DNA of 29,769 bases from a virus (lineage: Duplodnaviria; Caudoviricetes), in the IMG/VR virus record IMGVR_UViG_3300020557_000020, positions 1 to 29,769 of that record; one strand, 5' to 3'. This document shows positions 8,340-16,076 of the stretch, in pieces. A program made the translations under genes and the position numbers. The notes beneath the pieces were generated by a model that saw nothing but the letters and a program-made list of their open reading frames with translations, had not been told where the DNA came from and made no database searches. How positions within the stretch are numbered: position 1 is the first letter of the stretch; each line of letters begins with the position of its first letter.

Positions 8340-9050
8340 GTGAACAAGGTCTGTACCGTGTGTTGTGTAGAGAAGCCGATAATGGCTTTCTATGCACGCA
8401 AGCAAATGCTTGACGGGCACAGGTCCGAGTGCAAAGAGTGCACCTTGGCCAGAAGTGGCAAGTGGCGCGATGCGAATCCGGACGCATACAAATCGTCCGT
8501 GGAAAAACATCGAGCTGCCAATAAGGATCGTATTCTGGATGCAGATAGGTTGTACCGCGAACGTAATCGAGCTGAAATTCGCGCTCGTGCACGTGAACGT
8601 TACGCTGCCGATCCGAATCCGCACAAGGATAGTGTCAAGCAGTCTGCCGCAAAATATCCAGACCGGATTGCTGCGGCCCTTAAGCGTTTTTATGCGAATA
8701 ACCCGGAGTATCGGGCTAAATACAACACACAGTATTACAAGGCAAATCGCGCAAAGTGCATTGCCTTGGCCAAGAAGCGTGAAGAGCGCATGAAGCATCA
8801 ATCAAAAATTGTTGCGGGATTGACTCAAGCGTACAAGGCTGAGGTAGACGCTATGTACCACTTTTGTCAGGTGTTTGCTGGGTACGAGGTAGACCACATC
8901 GTGCCAGTTCAAGGCAAGTGCGTGACTGGGCTGGACGTGCCTTGGAATATGCAGATTTTGACAATCACGGAAAACCGGCGCAAAAGCAACAAGTTCGACC
9001 CTGCGCTGTGGCAAAGCATCAATAAACCATCAGTGTTAAATTTTTTATAG
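8340..9050 (+). CDS. free-standing HNH homing endonuclease
   Basis: N-terminal CxxC...CxxC, basic helical linker, and 'YEVDHIVPVQGKCVTGLDVPWNMQILTITENRRKSNKF'. Confidence 0.88.
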   Translation: MNKVCTVCCVEKPIMAFYARKQMLDGHRSECKECTLARSGKWRDANPDAYKSSVEKHRAANKDRILDADRLYRERNRAEIRARARERYAADPNPHKDSVKQSAAKYPDRIAAALKRFYANNPEYRAKYNTQYYKANRAKCIALAKKREERMKHQSKIVAGLTQAYKAEVDAMYHFCQVFAGYEVDHIVPVQGKCVTGLDVPWNMQILTITENRRKSNKFDPALWQSINKPSVLNFL

Positions 9051-9059
9051 GAGGCTATT

Positions 9060-9977
9060 ATGGCCATCAGTAGAAGTCAATTACTCAAAGAGTTGCTCCC
9101 GGGCCTGAACGCTTTGTTCGGTATGGAGTACAAACGCTACGGCGAAGAGCACAAAGAGATCTTCGAAACCGAATCCTCGGATCGTTCCTTTGAAGAAGAA
9201 ACCAAGCTGGCTGGTTTCGGTGCTGCTCCGGTTAAGAGTGAAGGCGCTGCTATCGCTTACGATAACGCGCAAGAAGCTTGGACCGCTCGCTACACCCACG
9301 AAACTATCGCTATGGGCTTCTCGATCACTGAGGAAGCGGTGGAAGACAACCTGTACGACTCGCTGTCCGCCCGTTACACCAAGGCGCTTGCCCGCGCTAT
9401 GGCGTACACCAAGCAAGTTAAGGCCGCTGCCATCCTGAACCAAGGCTTCACCGGTTCTGGCAACCCGACCTACGGTGACGGCAAGGTGCTGTTCGCTACT
9501 GACCACCCGTTGGTCTCTGGCGGCACTAACTCCAACCGTCCGACCACTGGCGCTGACCTGAACGAGACTTCCTTGGAAGCCGCCGTCATTCAGATCGCTG
9601 GCTGGACTGATGAGCGTGGCTTGCTGATTGCAGCTAAGCCGAAGAAACTCATCATCCCGCCGTCCTTGCAGTTCGTTGCTACCCGTATTCTGGAAACGGA
9701 AAACCGCGTGGCTACGGCTGACAACGACATCAACGCGCTGAAGAACAACGGTTCCATCCCGGAAGGCTACACTGTTAACCACTGGTTGACCGATTCGAAC
9801 GCTTGGTTCTTGACCACGGATGTTCCCAATGGCCTGAAGCACTTTGTCCGTACTCCGCTGAGCACTGGTATGGACGGAGACTTTGACACTGGCAATGTGC
9901 GTTACAAGAGCCGTGAGCGCTATTCTTTTGGCGTGAGCGACTCCCTGGGCGTTTACGGATCTCCGGGCGCGTCCTAA
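9060..9977 (+). CDS. major capsid protein
   Basis: 305 aa with SD AGGAGG and strongly biased codons; 'ARYTHETIAMGFSITEEAVEDNLY', 'GDGKVLFATDHP' and 'RERYSFG' segments; followed by a terminator. Confidence 0.88.
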   Translation: MAISRSQLLKELLPGLNALFGMEYKRYGEEHKEIFETESSDRSFEEETKLAGFGAAPVKSEGAAIAYDNAQEAWTARYTHETIAMGFSITEEAVEDNLYDSLSARYTKALARAMAYTKQVKAAAILNQGFTGSGNPTYGDGKVLFATDHPLVSGGTNSNRPTTGADLNETSLEAAVIQIAGWTDERGLLIAAKPKKLIIPPSLQFVATRILETENRVATADNDINALKNNGSIPEGYTVNHWLTDSNAWFLTTDVPNGLKHFVRTPLSTGMDGDFDTGNVRYKSRERYSFGVSDSLGVYGSPGAS

Positions 9978-10008
9978 GCTGTAAAATCAAGCACTTAGGT
10001 GTGTTTGG

Positions 10009-10031
10009 AACCCCGCTTCGGCGGGGTTTTT
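10009..10031 (+). terminator. rho-independent terminator after the major capsid gene
   Basis: AACCCCGC-TTCG-GCGGGGTT stem with a cUUCGg loop, followed by a T run. Confidence 0.9.
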
Positions 10032-10054
10032 ATTGGGGTGCAGCATAGCGGGGG

Positions 10055-10083
10055 TTGCTTTCGCTTTTGGGGTAGGGTATGAT
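10055..10083 (+). promoter_or_regulatory. candidate promoter of the Hef-like endonuclease
   Basis: TTGCTT(10055-10060)-N17-TATGAT(10078-10083), just downstream of the terminator; SD TAGGAG at about 10121. Confidence 0.55.
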
Positions 10084-10133
10084 GCCAACTATGGTAATCG
10101 CGTTAATGCCATCGAAATCTTAGGAGCAACTCA

Positions 10134-11798
10134 ATGGGTAGAAAACTGACACTGCAAGACTTCGTTACCGCCGCAGCGCAGACGCACGGGGGTAAGTACG
10201 ACTACTCGCGGGTGGTATACGAGGGGGGCCGTAGGCCGGTTGAGATAATATGCCCTCAGCACGGGGGCTTTAATCAAGCCCCGGGTAAACACCTAAGTGG
10301 GCAGGGGTGCCCTAAATGCGCAGGTAGGGGGGCAGATTGGATTCAGCGTTTCCGTGATGTGCACGGGGGTAAGTATGGCTACTCATTGTTTGAGTACACT
10401 GGGAGTCAAGCCAAATCAAAGATAATCTGCCCCCAACATGGGGTGTTCGAGCAAACGCCCCGCAATCATTATCAAGGGAAGAACGGTTGCCCTAAGTGCA
10501 CAGGTAAGGGGGTGGATTGGGTTGAGCGGTTTCAGTCAGTACATGGTGATGCATATGACTACTCATTGGTGGCATATGTAGGATACCAAACCAAAGTAAA
10601 GATTGTGTGCCGACAACATGGGGTATTCGAGCAGACACCAGATAATCATTACCACGGGAAACAGGGTTGCCCTAAGTGCGCAGGGGCTAGAATCCGTAAT
10701 GCAAAGCAGATGTGTATTGATGAGTTCGTGGCGAGGGCAGACAAGGTGCATGGCGGTAAGTTTCTGTACACTGACAAGCAGTTCGACAACGTTTTGACCA
10801 GTAAAATTAACGTGTTCTGCCGCCAGCATTCGCAGTGGTTTACCCAAACGCCCGTAAACCACCTCTCAGGTAAAACAGGGTGCCCCAAATGCAACAACAT
10901 GAAGTCCGCCCCAGAAGACGCCATCGCCACTATGCTTTCCAGGTTTACCCCGATTGAGCGCCGCAACCGTGCGCTGCTGGCCCCCCGTGAGCTGGACATA
11001 TTTATGCCGGAAAAGGCGTTGGCGGTTGAATACTGCGGGGAGTACTGGCACTCCCACGGTGATGAGGAGCATGAAGCCCGGTACTCTATGAACCATTTCC
11101 GTAAATACCAAGATTGCAAGGCCCGTGGCATCCGGCTCTTGACGATTTTCGAGTCCGAGTGGAAAGAACACAATTACGCGATCCGACGACTGCTGCGCAA
11201 CGCGGTTGGGGCGTCTCGTGGGAAACTGATGGCGCGAAAGTGCGAGCTACGTATGGTTGAGCATAAGGAAGCTGCGGCGTTTTACGACCGGTATCACCCG
11301 CAGGGCGGTTCTGGTACAGGCGCCCATTACGGTTTGTATTGGGGCGACAAACTGGTGGCCTGTATGCGGTTCACAGAAGGCGCGAACGATAGGGGCGTCA
11401 ATAAAAAACGGGAGTGGACGCTCACGAGGTATGCCACGCGTATTACGGTATCCGGTGGGGCTTCTCGGTTGTTTAGCGCGTTTCTGAAGGACAAGAACCC
11501 AAGGACGGTAAAGTCCTTCTCGGACAACCGGTATTTTGATGGGGGTATGTACAGCGCGTTGGGGTTCGATTTGTTTGAGGAAACGAAACCGGATTACATG
11601 GTGTGGCACCCTAAGCTGGGGCTGCTTAATAAGCCCGCGTGGCAACGACGAAGTATAGTTACGCGCGCCCGTGAGATTGGACGTGACATTGAGTTTGACC
11701 ACGAAGCGGACCCTAGAACTGAGCGGGATATGACGTTCTTGCTAGGCGGACGGCGCATATATGACTGCGGTAAGAAAAAATGGGTATGGAGCCGTTGA
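10134..11798 (+). CDS. Hef-like homing endonuclease (DUF723-type Cys repeats plus nuclease domain)
   Basis: Four repeats of 'HG.KY.YS...IICPQHG.F.Q.P..H..G..GCPKC', then 'ELDIFMPEKALAVEYCGEYWHS' (Vsr/PD-(D/E)xK-like), and a C-terminal 'SFSDNRYFDGGMY..LGF...RIYDCGKKKWVW' domain. Confidence 0.8.
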   Translation: MGRKLTLQDFVTAAAQTHGGKYDYSRVVYEGGRRPVEIICPQHGGFNQAPGKHLSGQGCPKCAGRGADWIQRFRDVHGGKYGYSLFEYTGSQAKSKIICPQHGVFEQTPRNHYQGKNGCPKCTGKGVDWVERFQSVHGDAYDYSLVAYVGYQTKVKIVCRQHGVFEQTPDNHYHGKQGCPKCAGARIRNAKQMCIDEFVARADKVHGGKFLYTDKQFDNVLTSKINVFCRQHSQWFTQTPVNHLSGKTGCPKCNNMKSAPEDAIATMLSRFTPIERRNRALLAPRELDIFMPEKALAVEYCGEYWHSHGDEEHEARYSMNHFRKYQDCKARGIRLLTIFESEWKEHNYAIRRLLRNAVGASRGKLMARKCELRMVEHKEAAAFYDRYHPQGGSGTGAHYGLYWGDKLVACMRFTEGANDRGVNKKREWTLTRYATRITVSGGASRLFSAFLKDKNPRTVKSFSDNRYFDGGMYSALGFDLFEETKPDYMVWHPKLGLLNKPAWQRRSIVTRAREIGRDIEFDHEADPRTERDMTFLLGGRRIYDCGKKKWVWSR

Positions 11799-11823
11799 CA
11801 TCCAGTATTTGTGGTGCTATAAA
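11795..11823 (+). promoter_or_regulatory. consensus sigma70 promoter with extended -10
   Basis: TTGACA(11795-11800)-N17-TATAAA(11818-11823) with TGn immediately upstream of the -10. Confidence 0.8.
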
Positions 11824-11829
11824 GCCCTC

Positions 11830-11910
11830 AGTTCCGGGAACTTTCTTTAGCCCAGCAGACCGGCCCGGCGGACGATGCACAGACTGATGGGCGACTCGTG
11901 CATGAGGAAA
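11830..11910 (+). ncRNA. candidate structured (pseudoknotted) leader RNA
   Basis: Three interleaved complementary pairs between the promoter and the SD: CCGGG/CCCGG, GCCCAGCAG/CTGATGGGC, ATGCAC/GTGCAT. Confidence 0.45.
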
Positions 11911-11914
11911 CATC

Positions 11915-12100
11915 ATGGCTCAAACTTCGTTCTCCGGTCCGGTAAACCTTGGCGCCTATACGGTCGCCACTGCCCCGTCTGCCACCACTGGCTCTGTCGC
12001 TTATTTCTCCAACGGCGCGGCGGGTAGCCCTGTCTTGGCTTTCTACGACGGCACCGACTGGCTGCGCTGCGACACGCTCGCCGCTATCTCCGCTTCTTAA
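11915..12100 (+). CDS. small structural protein
   Basis: 61 aa with SD GAGGA, starting 'MAQTSFSGPV'; codon bias similar to the capsid gene. Confidence 0.7.
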   Translation: MAQTSFSGPVNLGAYTVATAPSATTGSVAYFSNGAAGSPVLAFYDGTDWLRCDTLAAISAS

Positions 12101-12113
12101 TTAGGAGCCTGTC

Positions 12114-12395
12114 ATGGGTATGCAGACCGACGTTTTAAGCGCGGTTGCTACCGCAAGTGGCTCGATGATTAGTGGGCGCACCCGCCTTAAGGGTTTTGTG
12201 CTCACGTCGTCCGCCTCTGCGGGCAGTGTTGTTTTTCGAGACGGCGGTGTTTCTGGTACCGTTCGCTTGACGCTCAACACTCCGGCATCCGCTGGGTTTC
12301 ATGACATCGTAATTCCCGGTGAGGGTGTTTTGTTCAGCTCCGACATCTATGTCGCGCTGACGAACGTTACGTCCGTCACTATTTTCTACGGTTGA
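12114..12395 (+). CDS. hypothetical virion protein
   Basis: 93 aa beta-rich ORF with SD AGGAG; ends 'IPGEGVLF...VTIFYG'. Confidence 0.7.
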   Translation: MGMQTDVLSAVATASGSMISGRTRLKGFVLTSSASAGSVVFRDGGVSGTVRLTLNTPASAGFHDIVIPGEGVLFSSDIYVALTNVTSVTIFYG

Positions 12396-12403
12396 GGTGA
12401 GAG

Positions 12404-12676
12404 ATGGGTAATAAAGTTGATCCCAAAGCTAAGGCACAGCCACGGTTTATTCCCGGGTTTCGCTCCGGCATGACCTTAAAAGAGCTCGACGAGCTTCGTT
12501 ATCCGTCTACTGGCAAAGCGCTCACACCAGCGCAGATGGAAAACGACGTAACTCCTCCCGCCAGCGTGCTGAAGAAGTTCGGTTGCGGTGGCAAGGTCAA
12601 GATGGCCAAAGGCGGCTCTGTCTGTCGTGGCGGTGGCGCGGCGACGCGCGGCATTAAATTCCGTGGGGTGAAATGA
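12404..12676 (+). CDS. small basic protein with C-terminal GG-tag
   Basis: SD GAGGTG; ends 'MAKGGSVCRGGGAATRGIKFRGVK'. Confidence 0.65.
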   Translation: MGNKVDPKAKAQPRFIPGFRSGMTLKELDELRYPSTGKALTPAQMENDVTPPASVLKKFGCGGKVKMAKGGSVCRGGGAATRGIKFRGVK

Positions 12677-12903
12677 TGGGGATCAAGCTCGGTGATATTT
12701 CTCCTGCCGCTGCTCTTATGGGCAGCAAGGGCGTGCTTAACGATACGTTTCGGCAGATGCCCATGTTGAAGGGAATTACGAAGACGCCCGAAGAAGAAGC
12801 GGAAGAAGAGCGCGCGCCAATCGGTGTGGCGTATAAAAAAGGCGGATCTGTTCGCGGTTGTGGGTGTGCTAAACGCGGCGTGAAGAAATGTAAGGTGTGC
12901 TGA
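12673..12903 (+). CDS. small basic protein with C-terminal GG-tag
   Basis: Overlaps the upstream stop; ends 'YKKGGSVRGCGCAKRGVKKCKVC'. Confidence 0.65.
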   Translation: MMGIKLGDISPAAALMGSKGVLNDTFRQMPMLKGITKTPEEEAEEERAPIGVAYKKGGSVRGCGCAKRGVKKCKVC

Positions 12904-13069
12904 TGCCTAAATCGCCCGCGTGGACTCGTAAAGAAGGTAAAAACCCGAAAGGGGGGCTCAACGCTAAGGGCCGTGCCTCGTACAACAAGGCGAACCCCGG
13001 TAAGCCGATCCCGAGCTTCTTGAGTTCGCAGCTCAGTATGTGCGCGAGATGAGCGCATTAGGAGACTGA
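12903..13069 (+). pseudogene. truncated basic protein gene fused to an endonuclease VII-like C-terminal remnant
   Basis: 12903-13052 reads MPKSPAWTRKEGKNPKGGLNAKGRASYNKANPGKP and then degenerates; another frame at 13007-13069 reads DPELLEFAAQYVREMSALGD*. Confidence 0.55.
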
Positions 13070-13070
13070 C

Positions 13071-13310
13071 ATGGCTTCTGACAAGATCGCTGCGCTGCGG
13101 AACCTACGCGAGTACTTCAAATCTCCGGAATACACGCCCCCCAAGCTCCGTGACATGACTCCGGATCGCAAGGGTGACGACGCTAAAGCAGAGACGTTCA
13201 GTCTTGATAAGCCGACGTTCCGTTCCGATAAGGCGTTGCGGTACTCTGGCGGCGGTAACGTTCGTGGCTACGGCAAAGCCCGTGGCGGAAAGAAATGTAA
13301 GGTGTATTGA
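13071..13310 (+). CDS. small basic protein with C-terminal GG-tag
   Basis: SD AGGAG; ends 'YSGGGNVRGYGKARGGKKCKVY'. Confidence 0.65.
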   Translation: MASDKIAALRNLREYFKSPEYTPPKLRDMTPDRKGDDAKAETFSLDKPTFRSDKALRYSGGGNVRGYGKARGGKKCKVY

Positions 13311-13990
13311 TGGCCTCGACAGGGACGACCGCGTTTAACCTTGACGTCAATGACATCATCGAAGAGGCTTTCGAGCGCTGTGGTGCTGAAGTGCGGTCAG
13401 GTTATGATTTCCGTACGGCGCGCCGTAGCCTCAACCTCATGCTGTTGGAGTGGGCTAATCGCGGCATCAACATGTGGACCATCGAGGAAGGGACTCAGGT
13501 TCTTACCGCAGGTACCGCGACGTACGCACTGCCCGCTGACACCGTCGATTTGATCGAGCATGTTATCCGTACGGGTACTGGAACTACGCAGGCTGATTTG
13601 AACATCAGCCGTATCTCGGTATCTACGTACGCGTCGATCCCTACCAAGACCAGTACTGGGCGCCCGATCCAGATTTACATCCATCGTGGCACGGATAATC
13701 CGTCGTTCAAAGTCTGGCCCATTCCGGATAGCTCGCAGACATACACGCTTATTTACTGGCGCTTACGCCGCATGGACGATGTCGGTAACGGCACGAACAC
13801 GCAGGATATTCCGTTCCGGTTCCTGCCGGTGATGGTCTCTGGGCTGGCGTACTACCTGTCGATGAAGCTGCCTGATGGCCCGAACCGTATGCCCGCACTG
13901 AAGGCGCAGTACGACGAAGCTTGGGACTTGGCCAGTTCGGAAGATAGAGAAAAGGCCCCGTTAAGGCTCATAGGAAGGGTATACAGATAA
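13307..13990 (+). CDS. putative head-tail adaptor protein
   Basis: 227 aa; 'IIEEAFERCG...ARRSLNLMLLEWANRG', 'GRPIQIY' and 'VWPIPD' segments; likely start ATG 13310. Confidence 0.6.
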   Translation: MMASTGTTAFNLDVNDIIEEAFERCGAEVRSGYDFRTARRSLNLMLLEWANRGINMWTIEEGTQVLTAGTATYALPADTVDLIEHVIRTGTGTTQADLNISRISVSTYASIPTKTSTGRPIQIYIHRGTDNPSFKVWPIPDSSQTYTLIYWRLRRMDDVGNGTNTQDIPFRFLPVMVSGLAYYLSMKLPDGPNRMPALKAQYDEAWDLASSEDREKAPLRLIGRVYR

Positions 13991-13992
13991 CT

Positions 13993-14661
13993 ATGCCATC
14001 CAAAGATCCCGCCGTTAGGCACAAGTGGTATCTGGCGAATAAAGCCAGTGTCATAGCGCGTAGTAAAGCGCGGCGTCTGCGCATCCAACTGGAAAACGCC
14101 CCCGGTAAAGCGCGAATTGCCTCGGAGAAACGGGCTGCGCCAAAGTCCTGCACCTCCTGCGGAGCAGATATTACAGCGATATACCCTAAATATAAAATGC
14201 AGTGCGCAGAGTGCGTGGCGTCCTATATGGCGGCGTATCGCAGAAAGAACGCGGGGCGCATATCAGCGCTAAAAAAAGCGTGGGGCGTCGAAAACAGGGA
14301 GAAAAAAGCTGCGAGCGACGCGCAGTACGCGCGGGATAACCCTGAGCGCCGTAGAAACGCCCGTACCAAGTGGGCGGCTAACAACAAGGCCCAAGACGCG
14401 CAGTGTAAACTAACGAACCGCATGGCCCGTAGCAGGCGCCTTCCGGGATGGCTGACAGTTGACGATCTATGGCTTATAGCGCAAATATATGGCTTGTCGC
14501 AGCTACGCACTAAGGTAACGGGGTTCGCTTGGAATGTGGACCATATACTCCCGTTGAACGGGCGTAAGGTTTCTGGGCTGCACGTGCCAGACAATCTGCG
14601 GGTTATACCGGCGCGGGATAACTTTAGCAAGAATAATCGGTTTGAGGTTGACGGTGGGTAA
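13993..14661 (+). CDS. free-standing HNH homing endonuclease
   Basis: CxxC...CxxC, basic linker, and 'WNVDHILPLNGRKVSGLHVPDNLRVIPARDNFSKNNRF'; same family as 8340..9050. Confidence 0.88.
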   Translation: MPSKDPAVRHKWYLANKASVIARSKARRLRIQLENAPGKARIASEKRAAPKSCTSCGADITAIYPKYKMQCAECVASYMAAYRRKNAGRISALKKAWGVENREKKAASDAQYARDNPERRRNARTKWAANNKAQDAQCKLTNRMARSRRLPGWLTVDDLWLIAQIYGLSQLRTKVTGFAWNVDHILPLNGRKVSGLHVPDNLRVIPARDNFSKNNRFEVDGG

Positions 14662-15007
14662 CCGGTTTGTTCAGGGTAAGAAGGCGTTTGGGTTCTGCGA
14701 TGTGTGCGGCCAGCGCTATGATCTGCCTAAGCTTAAACCGTTGACTATCAAGACAAAGATCACTAATATCCTTGCGTGTCCGGAGTGCTGGAACCCAGAC
14801 CAGCCGCAGTTGCAGTTAGGGATGTATCCGGTTGATGACCCGCAAGCGCTGCGTAACCCACGGCCTGATACTGCGCTGGTTGTTAGTCGGGACATTCAAT
14901 GGGGCTGGAACCCGGTAGGGGGTCCGCGCGCAGATGACGATGGGCTTACGCCGAATCCCTTAGTTGCTGACGGTAGTGTAGGAAGTGTAACGGTGGTGAC
15001 GACATGA
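14654..15007 (+). CDS. hypothetical Zn-binding protein
   Basis: CDVCG...CPECW and 'DPQALRNPRPD'; GTG start at 14654 preceded by SD GAGG. Confidence 0.7.
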   Translation: MGNRFVQGKKAFGFCDVCGQRYDLPKLKPLTIKTKITNILACPECWNPDQPQLQLGMYPVDDPQALRNPRPDTALVVSRDIQWGWNPVGGPRADDDGLTPNPLVADGSVGSVTVVTT

Positions 15008-15642
15008 ATTATTCTCAACTTGTAACCGCGATCGAAGACTACATCGAAGCGAGCGACAGCACGTTCGTGGCTAACATCCCGAACTTTGTCAAAGCTACCG
15101 AGCAAAAGGTCTACAACACCGTCCAACTACCCGCGCTGCGGAAGAACGTCACGGGGGCTACGACTTCGGGTAACAAGTACCTCGGCATCCCGTCTGATTG
15201 GCTGTCCACGTTCTCTTTGGCTGCAGTTGACCCCACCACGGGCGCGTATACGTACCTCCTGAACAAGGATGTGAATTACATCCGCGAGGCGTTTCCGTTC
15301 CCGGCAACTACTGGCGCTCCTACCCACTATGCGGTGTTCGACAATACGTCGTTTATTCTCGGCCCTACACCGGATGCAGCATATGCGATGGAGCTCCATT
15401 ACTTCTATTACCCGGAATCCATCGTCACGGCAGGTACCTCATGGCTTGGTAATAACTTCGATACGGTTCTCTTGTACGGTTCGCTGGTAGAAGCTAATAT
15501 GTTCATCAAAGGCGAAGCGGATATGACCGCGACGTACCAGAAGCAGTTCGATGAGGCGCTGGCTAAGTTGAAAGTTTTGGCTGACGGCAAAGACCGTCAG
15601 GATGCGTACCGCTCCGGTCAGGCGCGGATTCAAGTGATGTAA
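15004..15642 (+). CDS. putative tail adaptor / tubular protein
   Basis: 212 aa; 'MNYSQLVTAIEDY', 'GAPTHYA', 'LGPTPDAAY' and 'LLYGSLVEA' segments. Confidence 0.6.
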   Translation: MNYSQLVTAIEDYIEASDSTFVANIPNFVKATEQKVYNTVQLPALRKNVTGATTSGNKYLGIPSDWLSTFSLAAVDPTTGAYTYLLNKDVNYIREAFPFPATTGAPTHYAVFDNTSFILGPTPDAAYAMELHYFYYPESIVTAGTSWLGNNFDTVLLYGSLVEANMFIKGEADMTATYQKQFDEALAKLKVLADGKDRQDAYRSGQARIQVM

Positions 15643-15657
15643 CTCAAGGAGACCACG

Positions 15658-15945
15658 GTGTTCAAAGCAGAAATTCCAGCGTTGTTTGGTATTCGCGTCG
15701 AAACGACGTCGAACCGGGGCTTCACTCCCGAGGAAATTGCCGAGCGCGCGCTGGACAAGCTCATGTATGTGAGCGAGACTGCGGACCCGATGGTCAAAGC
15801 ACAAGCGATGGTTTTCAAAGACCAGATTCGACAAGTATTGACGCACCACATGCACGAGGCAATTCGGTCTTACAAGACCACTCTGTGTGCGGAGCTCACT
15901 AAGCAGGGGCATGGTGACATAGCCCAACTCATCATCCATATTTAA
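15658..15945 (+). CDS. hypothetical protein
   Basis: 95 aa, GTG start with SD AAGGAG. Confidence 0.7.
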   Translation: MFKAEIPALFGIRVETTSNRGFTPEEIAERALDKLMYVSETADPMVKAQAMVFKDQIRQVLTHHMHEAIRSYKTTLCAELTKQGHGDIAQLIIHI

Positions 15946-15956
15946 GGAGTATCAAC

Positions 15957-16073
15957 ATGGCGGGTTGTGTGTACGTAGCCACTAACAGCGTAAACGGTAA
16001 GCAATCAGTGTTCCGTGTCTGTAACGGTAAGTACCCCTCCGTTAAGGGGTTAAAATTTTCTTATGTGAGGTAA
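15957..16073 (+). pseudogene. internally deleted GIY-YIG/NUMOD1 homing endonuclease remnant (38 aa)
   Basis: SD AAGGAG; reads MAGCVYVATNSVNGKQ|SVFRVCNGKYPSVKGLKFSYVR*, a GIY-like N-terminus joined to a NUMOD1-like C-terminus. Confidence 0.65.
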
Positions 16074-16076
16074 CAC

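Noticed and set aside
7702-9842. Minus-strand ORFs of 296 aa and 253 aa opposite the capsid-region genes
   Set aside because: Shadow ORFs with no recognisable domains
11860-11910. Hammerhead-like CGGACGA...GAAA words in the leader RNA
   Set aside because: The core deviates from CUGANGA and the helix order does not clearly fit a hammerhead; kept only as an unassigned structured RNA
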